This document shows, in pieces, positions 1 through 8,134 of a stretch of 64,000 nucleotides of DNA. A program made the position numbers and the translations under genes. The notes beneath the pieces were generated by a model, which saw only the letters and a program-made list of their open reading frames with translations, did not search any database and was not told the origin of the DNA. Source of the DNA: an uncultured archaeon (GTDB taxonomy: Archaea > Aenigmatarchaeota > Aenigmatarchaeia > QMZP01); NCBI GenBank assembly GCA_964484305.1, contig CAZAEI010000002.1:11715-75714 (forward strand), read 5' to 3'. Within the stretch, counting starts at the first letter, position 1. Every line of letters starts with the position of its first letter.

Positions 1-259
1 AACTGGATTGCTGCCATTGTGCTGCTGGCCTGCCTGGCATCGGCTTCCCTGAGCTATAGGCTGTTCCTGAGTAAGGGGCGTGTAAAGAAGAGCATTGAAG
101 GCCTAGAGAGAGAAGAGTAGGGTTAATGAAATTCTCAAGAAGATGCAAAGGGACTACTACCTCGGGAGCCTGGGAAAGTCTCAGTACGATATAATGGTGG
201 AGTCCTGCAAGAAGAGAATCGGTTCTATAGAAAGGGATATCTCCCGCCTTGCCGCATAA
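1..259 (+). pseudogene. 3' end of a gene for a TM-anchored (surface) protein, with the reading frame broken in an AG-repeat. The TM anchor is in frame 1 (1-120) and the homologous cytoplasmic tail is in frame 2 (107-259).
   Basis: Frame 1 reads NWIAAIVLLACLASASLSYRLFLSKGRVKKSIEGLEREE* (a hydrophobic helix followed by a basic stretch). Frame 2 continues REKSRVNEILKKMQRDYYLGSLGKSQYDIMVESCKKRIGSIERDISRLAA*. That tail aligns with the tail of the 1,962-aa protein (LREEKAKTTRMMALLESQYRQKIISREAYESLKNRSEQRLAELDKKI). The frames switch inside tagagagagaagag (about 104-120). Confidence 0.4.
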
Positions 260-309
260 GGCAGCCCTGACAGAAAGGGCCCGCCCGTCTAGGACAGATT
301 CCCGGCAAT

Positions 310-3300
310 CTATGCCCTCAGGGACTCCCTTATCTTCTTGTCAAGCTCGGCCAGCCTCTGCTCGCTCCTGTTCTTGAGGCTCTCATAGGCCTCCCTGGAT
401 ATAATCTTCTGCCTGTACTGACTCTCGAGGAGAGCCATCATCCTGGTTGTCTTGGCCTTCTCCTCCCTGAGCTTCTCGGTCTCCAGGCCGGCGCCCCTTA
501 CTGTCCCTGCAACCTGCCTGGCCTCGGAGAGCCTTCCGCGTAAAATCAGCGAAAGCCTCTTGTTCATCTTTCTGTAGGCAAATACAAGGAATGCTATTAC
601 AGCCAGGACAACCAGGGCGAATATGAGCAGTGTCAGTATCTCAGGTGGCAGCGCGAAACCGGTCAGGAGCTTGTTGAGGAGCTTCTCGGCATTGTCAAGG
701 AGTTCCCAAGCAGCGTAGACAGAGTCAAGGGCAGCGTCATAGAGGTTCTCCCTCAGGTAGCCCTCGGCGAGCTTTATCTCGTTCTCGGCATCGTCTAAGA
801 GGTCGTCAATCTCGCTGGTGTCGAACCCGGCCTCCTGGGCCTGCTCGGCCCTGTTCCTGAGTTCCTCGAGCTTTGCCTTGAGCCTGACGAGCTCGAAGTT
901 TATGAGGTCCTTCTTGGATGTGAATATCCTGAGCAGGAACTCCTCTTCGTCCGTGGACTCGGTGGAGTGGGCAACCACCCTGACTGTCCTCTCTCCTGAC
1001 TCCCCCCTCTCGGGGGTTATCTGGACCGTGATAATCGCGCTCTCTCCGGCCGCCAGGCTGCTTATGTTGGCGGGGTTGGTTATCACCCACTCACCAGGGA
1101 TCCCCTGTAAACCGAGCCATATGTTGTGGAGAGGGCCGCCCACTGCCTCGACCTCTATGTTGAACGGCCTTGGAAGGCCTGCCATAACGCCAATCTCATC
1201 AGGAATCCTGGTTATGTTTATCTTTCCCGAGGGACCGGCCGAGGGTGGGGGGGCTCCCTCACCCTCCCCTCCGCCACCGGGCTCCTCCGGGGGGGCCTCC
1301 CCTGTCACACTGAATCCTGCGCTGGCAGGGGCGGACGGTATGGAGGGGTCATAGAGGACTCTGACCTCCACGGTGTATCCCCCGGGTGGCTGGTGGGAAT
1401 ATATGAACAGGCCGTTTGATGGGCGGAATGTCATCTCCATGCCTGCCCCGATGTTGGGGGTTATCTGGCCGGAGTCCCAGGAGCGGTCAGGGCCCTGTAC
1501 CCAGTAGTCTATAATCACGTCCTCGTTGTCGACCTCGCCCTTGTTCCAGACCGTTATGTTGAAATACATGCTGTTGCCCGGGGCTATCTCCTCCTGGTCA
1601 AGGATGACCTCGACGTCATAGGGCCCTGAGGAGGATATCCTGAAGGCGAGGATGTCATGGGTCTCCTTTTCGCCGAGACTTACCCTCAGGAGGGCAAGGT
1701 ATGTCCCCGTAAGGACGCTGCTCAGAACCTCGGTGAGGGAATAGAAGCCCGCTGCTGTGTGGTTGAAGTCATCTATGTCATACTCCTTCCAGAGGTCGAG
1801 GTTGTATCCCTCGGTTCTGTATATGGTGAGGTTGATGCTATCAGGGTCCGCGGGCTCGTTATAGTTCTGCAGGACAACCACTGATACAGGCATGGCATGG
1901 TCAACCACGCAGGGGCTCGGTATGGCAAGCTTTCCCGTGAGCTCCATGTCTGCGGTCACGTTGAAGGTCACAGCAGTCTCGTTGCCCGTCCAGATATCGA
2001 ACTCCGGGTCGTACCAGGAGCCATTGGAATAAATCGTATACTCCCCCAGGGAGGCGTGGGAGGGTATCACAAAGATGTTGTCAGAGACCCAGCCCGTTTC
2101 ATCGGTCACATACTCCCTGCCCGAGAGCATGTAGACGCTCCTGTTGTCGGGGTCCTTGACAGTGAGGTTTACAGGGGCCCCGGCAAGGGATGCCCCGAGG
2201 TAGTCATGGGCCCGGTAGTTTATGCTCTCCCACCTTCCCTGGGTGGTGTCCGGCATGTCAAGGTAGACCACGTAGCGGGCGTGTGTCTGGAATAGGGAGG
2301 TGTTGGTGGCATTTACATCATAGGTGTCGTTGGCAAAGACATAGACCGTGTAGTTCCCTCTCTGGGTACTGTTGCCGCTGAAGTCGCCCGGATAGGTTAT
2401 CTTGTAGCAGAACATGTCACCGGGGTCATTGATTGCATAGACGCAGCCCGGGGGGAAATCCGGGTCCCTGTGGGAGAACTGCAGCTCGAGTGTGTCGTTG
2501 GTCCCGTCGGGCCTCTCCACGGTCACTATCACGTCGTCAAAATCTGCTCCTGACTGGCTGGTCACGTTGATGTACATTGTCGCGGTATCGGCCTGGGACT
2601 GCATATCAGGGATTATGCCAATCTCGATAAGGGGCTCCACAAAGGGGTTGAGGACAATCTCCAGGGTGATGTTGTCCGGGTCAGCCGATGCCTCTGTGGT
2701 GTTTATGGTATAGTTGGTCAGGAAGAATCCGGAGCCCGCATCCCCGCCCATGTCATAATAGATAGTGAGATTTGTGCTGTTCTGCTTGCTGATGTTGTGG
2801 CTGCTCCAGCCCGGGGTGGTGTGGTTGGCCCCGCCAGGGGGATAGAGCGAGAGGTTGAGCTGTATGTTTCCGGTGTTGCCTATACTAACGTTGCAGACAA
2901 TCCCTGTGTTGGGGCTCTGGGCATGCTCGCAGTGGGTGGGGTAGGCTGTCCAGGAGCCGTTCTCGGGCACGGTTATGTTCAGGTAGAGGCTCTTGTTCCC
3001 GTTGTTGCCTGAGGTGACGTTCAGGGTTCCGTTGTAGCAGCCCGGGTCGAATCCGGGGGGTATGGTCGCGTTTACCTTGACTGTCCTGAAGTCCCCGGGT
3101 GTCATGTTGAAGGGATAGCTCTGGTTGAAGCCCATGGTGAAGTTCTCGAACTCCCCGCTCAGGGTGAAGTTGACGAAGAGCGCGTCGTCGTTGCCTGTGG
3201 AGCGGAGCGTTATGTTGCCGACAAGGATGGAGGTGCCGTGCTCCATGGTCCTGTCAAAGCTGTCCTCAAGGACCTCAAGCGTGACATTGGAGGCCACGCT

Positions 3301-6198
3301 CACGTTTATGGCGGTGCTCGCATTCCTCCAGGATATCCCGATATCCTCCCAGAATATGGTTGCATTGATTGCATAATCCCCCGCATGGGTGAGTTCGGTT
3401 ATGTTGACGAGGAAATATGTCATGCAGACCTCTCCCTTGGTCAGGTTATAGCAGGACTGGTTGGTGTAGTTTATGAACCAGGTCTCTGGAAGGGAGACAT
3501 TCACATAGGAATTGAAGGCCGTGGTGTTGCCTGTGTTTGTCACGTTCACAGAGAAATCGAAGCTCTCATTGGAGAATGCGGTGACATACAAGGCAGTATA
3601 GGTCCCGGGTGTCGCGTTTATGATAAGGTTGGTCCCGGTGACTGTTATCGTGGTGTTGAGAAGCTCGTAGCCGCCGTTGTCAGAGGTGACGTTTATCACA
3701 CCCTCATAGACCCCCGGGGACTGGCCCGCCGGGATGCTCACATTCACCTGTACTGGCTGCTCCCCTCCAGGGCCCATGGAGCTTATGTCGGGCGGGGTGA
3801 AGGCTATGGTGAAATTATCCAGACCGAGTGGGGTTAGTGTTATGTTCAGGGTGTCGTTGTTTCCCAAGGACCTTACCATGAGGGTTTCGATAAGCTCGGA
3901 TGTCGCGCCGGGCGGGAGTATGCCTGTCACGTTCTCCTGGAGCACATCGAGCACCGGGTTCTCGTGGACGGTCACGGTGACGTTTGTCGTGTTCGAATCG
4001 TGGGAGCCCACCCTGTTGGTCCAGTTTGCTGTTATGTTGATTATGTAGTCCCTGGCCACTGAGTTGTTGAGAACCGTGATGTTGAAGTCCTTGGTGCAGG
4101 AGAGGTCTATGAGTATCTTTCCGCATGGCTCAAAGGTGGAGTTGGAGGACAGGTTGTCAGGAAGGTCCAGGGTGATGTTTGCCTCGTATGCTGTCGAGTT
4201 CTCCAGGTTATGGAGTGTAACCTTCAGGTTGAAGGATTCGTTGTCATAGAACATCACGTTGTAGGCCTGGTAGGTGCTGGGGTCAGGGGTCACGCTTATC
4301 TTGGTCTCAGGGGCCTCGACAGTATAGTTCTCCACGGTGAATCCCCAGCTCCCGTCCTCCCCGAAGGAGCAGTTGAGTGGGTAGAGGCCATAGTCAAAGG
4401 GTGTCTGGAAGGTCACTGTGTAGGTCCCGTTCCCGTGGTCTGTTATGTTCCCTGGAGGGACCTGGTCCCCGGCAGTGGTGCAGTTTATGTCAGTGGCCCC
4501 GGGTATCGTGATGTCCTGCCTGAAGTTTGTCACGTTCACTGTCGCATTCTCGACCCTGTAGATGCCTGTCTCGTTCCATATCGTTATGTTGACGTGGAGC
4601 TCTACTGTCATGTTGAAGGTGTAGTAGCTCTCGTTCAGGAAGGAGCCGTCCACATCATAGGTCCTCACTGTCATGTTCCAGTAGCCCGGGGTCTCGGAAT
4701 TGGTGAAGTTGTAGTAGGCTGTGTAGTTCCCGTCCCCTGAAATCGGGTCTGGATAGGCCCCGTCATCCAGGAGCTGCACGGTTACATCGTCTCCGGGGCT
4801 CCCAGGGGTTCCCATGTCGAGGGTGGCGTTGATATGGTCGACCAGGGACCAGTCGTCCCTGGTTGTGTTGGCCCCGAGAATCGCGGACTCGTTCCTGTTG
4901 TAGATGTCGTGGTCCGGCTCCGGCTCTAGGGCGATGACCCAGAACTCGGGCTCCCCCTCGGTTATGTTGATGTTGTTCATGAACCGGTCGCTGGTGTCTG
5001 TAAGCAGGTTCGGACTGTTCACGGTGTGGAAGAATACCATGACAGCCCTGTCCTGGATTGATTGGCCTGGCTGGATATCGGTCATGCTCAGGTTGATTCC
5101 TATCCTGTCGTTGTCGGGGGCGCCGCCGATGGAGGAGTTGCCTGCGATGAAGTTGACTGTCCCGTTCTCCCAGAGATGGGCATAGCCTCCACGCTCCATG
5201 CCGAACCCGGGGAACCCGTATACAGTGGAGCCGGGATCCTGGGACTGGTCAGGGGTGACCTTGTACCCGGACTCGTACGCACCTAGGACATCGAAGCCCG
5301 GAAGGCCCGCATAGGAGTCCCTGCTCACGGTAACCGAGTCGTTTATGTTGATAATCTCGTGCTCCACCACAAACCAGGTCTTGTTGGGATAGAACCTGTA
5401 GGTCTTTTTGAGATAGGTCATGTTGGTCCTGTTGCCGGGATCGTTCCAGTAGGTCTCGTAGCCCTCCTGGCGGACTGTTATCCTGGCAGGGCCCTCGGAA
5501 AAGCTTGCGTTTCCCCTCAGGTCATAGGCGAGGTCCTCGGCACCGTCAGTGGTCTGGATGAACTCCCTGGTCTTCTCGCCGGGCCCTGAGGGCTCGAGGG
5601 GGATGTCATCCTTGAGCCAGTACCTGTAGAGGCCCGAGGTGTTCTCGCTCCTGTTGGTGTCAAAGGTAAAGAAGCCGTATCGCTCCCCGGGATTGTTGTT
5701 GAAGGTTATGTTGAATTCGTCGCCGTCCCAGGATTTCTCCATAATTGTGCTGTAGGAGGCCTCTGTTTTTGGTGACTCCTGAGTATCGAAATACAGATAG
5801 AACCACCTCTCGGTGTGTTCTGCTGTCGTTCCGTTCAGGATGAATACCATGGTCCCGGCCGCATTGGAGCCCGCTTCGTAGTCCCCGGCCTTGTCGAACT
5901 GGCTCGGGAGCTCGTGAAGCACCCCGCCGCTGGCATTGACCTCGACCATCCTCGTGGAGTTCCCGTCAAGGCTGGCTGTGATGTTAAGGTCCTCAAGGAG
6001 GGAGGTGAAGTTTACATCGTACTCGACCGGCCATTCGAACCGCTCATAGTAGGAGGTGTTCACCGTGAGCTTTACCCTGTGGTGCCAGGAGCCGTTCCAC
6101 CACACATCACCATAGGCCTGGGGGACTGTCTGGTTGCTGACCATGAGCAGGGCTAGGAAAGCCACTGCAGCCAGTGTATATGCCAGCCTTCTCATCAT
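310..6198 (-). CDS. 1,962-aa TM-anchored surface glycoprotein. It has a signal peptide, a DUF2341-like N-terminal domain, CARDB/S-layer-like beta-sandwich repeats, a PEG-rich linker, a helical region, a TM helix and a cytoplasmic coiled-coil tail with a SHOCT-like motif.
   Basis: The ORF is long and uninterrupted. SD GGAGTGAT lies 2 nt upstream of ATG 6198 and 5 nt upstream of ATG 6195, so the second ATG may be the true start. N-terminus MMRRLAYTLAAVAFLALLMVSNQTVPQAYG. The WWNGSWHHRVKLTVN...WFYLYFD block resembles DUF2341. NxS/T sequons are dense. The C-terminal TM is LTLLIFALVVLAVIAFLVFAY followed by RKMNKR. The tail is ...QYRQKIISREAYESLKNRSEQRLAELDKKI. The start lies 9 nt after the stop of the upstream gene. 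Confidence 0.9.
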   Translation of the reverse strand: MMRRLAYTLAAVAFLALLMVSNQTVPQAYGDVWWNGSWHHRVKLTVNTSYYERFEWPVEYDVNFTSLLEDLNITASLDGNSTRMVEVNASGGVLHELPSQFDKAGDYEAGSNAAGTMVFILNGTTAEHTERWFYLYFDTQESPKTEASYSTIMEKSWDGDEFNITFNNNPGERYGFFTFDTNRSENTSGLYRYWLKDDIPLEPSGPGEKTREFIQTTDGAEDLAYDLRGNASFSEGPARITVRQEGYETYWNDPGNRTNMTYLKKTYRFYPNKTWFVVEHEIININDSVTVSRDSYAGLPGFDVLGAYESGYKVTPDQSQDPGSTVYGFPGFGMERGGYAHLWENGTVNFIAGNSSIGGAPDNDRIGINLSMTDIQPGQSIQDRAVMVFFHTVNSPNLLTDTSDRFMNNINITEGEPEFWVIALEPEPDHDIYNRNESAILGANTTRDDWSLVDHINATLDMGTPGSPGDDVTVQLLDDGAYPDPISGDGNYTAYYNFTNSETPGYWNMTVRTYDVDGSFLNESYYTFNMTVELHVNITIWNETGIYRVENATVNVTNFRQDITIPGATDINCTTAGDQVPPGNITDHGNGTYTVTFQTPFDYGLYPLNCSFGEDGSWGFTVENYTVEAPETKISVTPDPSTYQAYNVMFYDNESFNLKVTLHNLENSTAYEANITLDLPDNLSSNSTFEPCGKILIDLSCTKDFNITVLNNSVARDYIINITANWTNRVGSHDSNTTNVTVTVHENPVLDVLQENVTGILPPGATSELIETLMVRSLGNNDTLNITLTPLGLDNFTIAFTPPDISSMGPGGEQPVQVNVSIPAGQSPGVYEGVINVTSDNGGYELLNTTITVTGTNLIINATPGTYTALYVTAFSNESFDFSVNVTNTGNTTAFNSYVNVSLPETWFINYTNQSCYNLTKGEVCMTYFLVNITELTHAGDYAINATIFWEDIGISWRNASTAINVSVASNVTLEVLEDSFDRTMEHGTSILVGNITLRSTGNDDALFVNFTLSGEFENFTMGFNQSYPFNMTPGDFRTVKVNATIPPGFDPGCYNGTLNVTSGNNGNKSLYLNITVPENGSWTAYPTHCEHAQSPNTGIVCNVSIGNTGNIQLNLSLYPPGGANHTTPGWSSHNISKQNSTNLTIYYDMGGDAGSGFFLTNYTINTTEASADPDNITLEIVLNPFVEPLIEIGIIPDMQSQADTATMYINVTSQSGADFDDVIVTVERPDGTNDTLELQFSHRDPDFPPGCVYAINDPGDMFCYKITYPGDFSGNSTQRGNYTVYVFANDTYDVNATNTSLFQTHARYVVYLDMPDTTQGRWESINYRAHDYLGASLAGAPVNLTVKDPDNRSVYMLSGREYVTDETGWVSDNIFVIPSHASLGEYTIYSNGSWYDPEFDIWTGNETAVTFNVTADMELTGKLAIPSPCVVDHAMPVSVVVLQNYNEPADPDSINLTIYRTEGYNLDLWKEYDIDDFNHTAAGFYSLTEVLSSVLTGTYLALLRVSLGEKETHDILAFRISSSGPYDVEVILDQEEIAPGNSMYFNITVWNKGEVDNEDVIIDYWVQGPDRSWDSGQITPNIGAGMEMTFRPSNGLFIYSHQPPGGYTVEVRVLYDPSIPSAPASAGFSVTGEAPPEEPGGGGEGEGAPPPSAGPSGKINITRIPDEIGVMAGLPRPFNIEVEAVGGPLHNIWLGLQGIPGEWVITNPANISSLAAGESAIITVQITPERGESGERTVRVVAHSTESTDEEEFLLRIFTSKKDLINFELVRLKAKLEELRNRAEQAQEAGFDTSEIDDLLDDAENEIKLAEGYLRENLYDAALDSVYAAWELLDNAEKLLNKLLTGFALPPEILTLLIFALVVLAVIAFLVFAYRKMNKRLSLILRGRLSEARQVAGTVRGAGLETEKLREEKAKTTRMMALLESQYRQKIISREAYESLKNRSEQRLAELDKKIRESLRA

Positions 6199-6207
6199 TT
6201 ATCACTC

Positions 6208-8034
6208 CTATTTCCTGTCTCCCTCTTTGCTGTTCTTTTTCACCCCAGTCTCGCCCCTAGACTTCCCCTTGGGGATGAGCCTCCTGACCTTCTCAAAGGC
6301 CTTCCTGCTTATCAGGCCCCTCATAAGGGAGTCCTCGAGTTGCGAGAGCAGGCTCGCCTGCCCGTCGCCAGAAGGCTTCTCGGGCCTGGGTTTGGTGGAG
6401 CCCTCTGGTAGGGGCTTTGCTTCTGGCTTCTGCTCGACCGGCTTCTCACCTGGCAGGGTCCCTGCCTTCTCAGGCTTCTCACCGGTAGGCGGTGCCTTGG
6501 AGGGCTGCGACTCAGGGGACTTGGCCTCACTTGTCTCATCAGGCCCCCCGCCCGCTGCAGGTGCTGACATGGGAGGCGCGGGTTCGCCGGCCCTGGCGGT
6601 CTCACCCGGAGAGGTTGCCTTTTCAGCCCACTCCCGGGGGCTCGGGGCGCCGGGGGTGGCCTCGGATATCTTATTGTCAATTTCCCTGAGCCTGCCCAGG
6701 TTTATCTGCTTGGTCTTCTGGTATTCCTTTTCGGGGAGGGCCCCTGCCTTGAACTGCTCGTCCAGCATGGCTATCAGTCCCTCGATTTCGGTCTTCTGGG
6801 ACCCGAGCCTCTGGACATCGGGGCTTGTCCCTGCCCCGGTCTTTATTGAGGCCAGCTCGGTCTCTGTGGTGTCCCTGAACAGCTCGAGGTCGCTCTTCTC
6901 GGCATACTTCTGCATCTTTATGTTGATATCGTCCAGGGATTTCATCATCTCCTGGGAGAGCTCGTCCAGGGTGTCCTGCTTGGCCTTGTATAGCACGAAC
7001 TCGTCCAGGCGCTTGTTGAGCTCCATGAATATGCCGTCTATCTTGTCGGCAATCCTGCTTATCCTCTTTTCCCTGTTCTCGATTTCAAGGAGCCTCTTGG
7101 CAGCCTCCTTGGAGAAGTTGACAATCTTCTCAAGGCTTCCCAGCCTCTTGAGGACATTCTCTATCTGGCCCAGCCTCTTGAGCATGAGCGAGGTCATCTC
7201 ATCCAGCTTGTCGATTCTGGCCCCGTGCACCTTTATTGAGGCGTCCTCCTCCCTCATGGCCTTGAGGAACCTCTGGGGCCTCATGTCTCCCAGGGACTCG
7301 TCAACCCCGGTCACCCTTATCTCGGACTCGCTGAGCCTCCTGTCCAGGCCGGACACGTTGGAGCGGATTTCCCCCACCTCCTCAGTGAGCCGCTGCATGC
7401 CCTCCCTTCCTGTGGAGCGCTCGTCCTTCATGGAGTCAAGGTAGGCCCGGACCTTTTCGAGCTGTACCTCGATCTTGTCCACCCTGGGCGCGACCTCTAT
7501 TCCCTGGGGCTTGATTTCCTTCAGTGTCTTGGTTAGTATATCCTTGATTTCATCCGCAGTGTACCTGAGGGTTCCGGGCTTTCCCCCTCTGGCAGCGCCC
7601 GGGGCCTTCTCGGGCTTCACCTCCCCGACCTCGCCGGCGATGTCTGTGAGGGGCTGGGGTATTCCTGCGTATTCCGTGGACTCGGCCTCTGGTGTTGTGA
7701 CTGGAGGGGCTGTCTCGGCAGAGGGTGCGGCAGGGGCTGTTGGAGGTGCTGATACAGCTGGGGCAGGCTCGGGTTCCTTGGCCCCCCGGGCCTTCCTAGG
7801 CTTCTCTGATTTCTTTGCGGGCTCTGGCTTCTCCTTCTCGGCCTTCTTGGCCTCGCTCTTCTCGAGCCTCTCTATCATTTTATTGAGCTCCTCGAGCTTC
7901 TTCTGGTTCTTGCCCTTCACCTCATTGTAGTGCTCCTCGGTTATGCTGGCCTCCCTGTAGGCCTCCTCGAGTGTGGAGAGCAGTATCTCGATATCCTCCT
8001 TGTGCTTCTGAAGTTCCGTAAGGGTTTCTTTCAT
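6208..8034 (-). CDS. 608-aa cytoplasmic coiled-coil protein with P/A/E/K-rich linkers and three SHOCT-like motifs. No signal peptide or TM is visible.
   Basis: SD GGAGGTG lies 5 nt upstream of ATG 8034. Heptad-like, charged sequence runs through the centre. The motifs are ASITEEHYNEVKGKNQKKLEEL, GALPEKEYQKTKQINLGRL and GLISRKAFEKVRRLI, which resemble the G-x-I-[ST]-x-x-E-[YF]-x-x-x-K consensus of SHOCT (PF09851). The antisense ORF 6134-7444 is a shadow ORF. Confidence 0.85.
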   Translation of the reverse strand: MKETLTELQKHKEDIEILLSTLEEAYREASITEEHYNEVKGKNQKKLEELNKMIERLEKSEAKKAEKEKPEPAKKSEKPRKARGAKEPEPAPAVSAPPTAPAAPSAETAPPVTTPEAESTEYAGIPQPLTDIAGEVGEVKPEKAPGAARGGKPGTLRYTADEIKDILTKTLKEIKPQGIEVAPRVDKIEVQLEKVRAYLDSMKDERSTGREGMQRLTEEVGEIRSNVSGLDRRLSESEIRVTGVDESLGDMRPQRFLKAMREEDASIKVHGARIDKLDEMTSLMLKRLGQIENVLKRLGSLEKIVNFSKEAAKRLLEIENREKRISRIADKIDGIFMELNKRLDEFVLYKAKQDTLDELSQEMMKSLDDINIKMQKYAEKSDLELFRDTTETELASIKTGAGTSPDVQRLGSQKTEIEGLIAMLDEQFKAGALPEKEYQKTKQINLGRLREIDNKISEATPGAPSPREWAEKATSPGETARAGEPAPPMSAPAAGGGPDETSEAKSPESQPSKAPPTGEKPEKAGTLPGEKPVEQKPEAKPLPEGSTKPRPEKPSGDGQASLLSQLEDSLMRGLISRKAFEKVRRLIPKGKSRGETGVKKNSKEGDRK

Positions 8035-8058
8035 ATCAACACCTCCATATCCTTTCTA

Positions 8059-8076
8059 TCAGTCCCTGAAGGGACT
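8059..8076 (-). promoter_or_regulatory. GC-rich hairpin CAGTCCC-TTCA-GGGACTG (minus-strand reading) in the about 100-nt junction between the giant gene and the coiled-coil gene.
   Basis: A perfect 7-bp inverted repeat is read directly. It lies 13 nt upstream of the SD GGAGGTG of the 8034 start. The stem core GTCCC...GGGAC matches the hairpin family at 53.1, 58.8 and 63.2 kb. Confidence 0.5.
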
Positions 8077-8134
8077 GCGTGCACTCCAGTGCAACAGCTC
8101 CTTAACTTCCTGTTATGCAGCTTTGTCATCTGCA

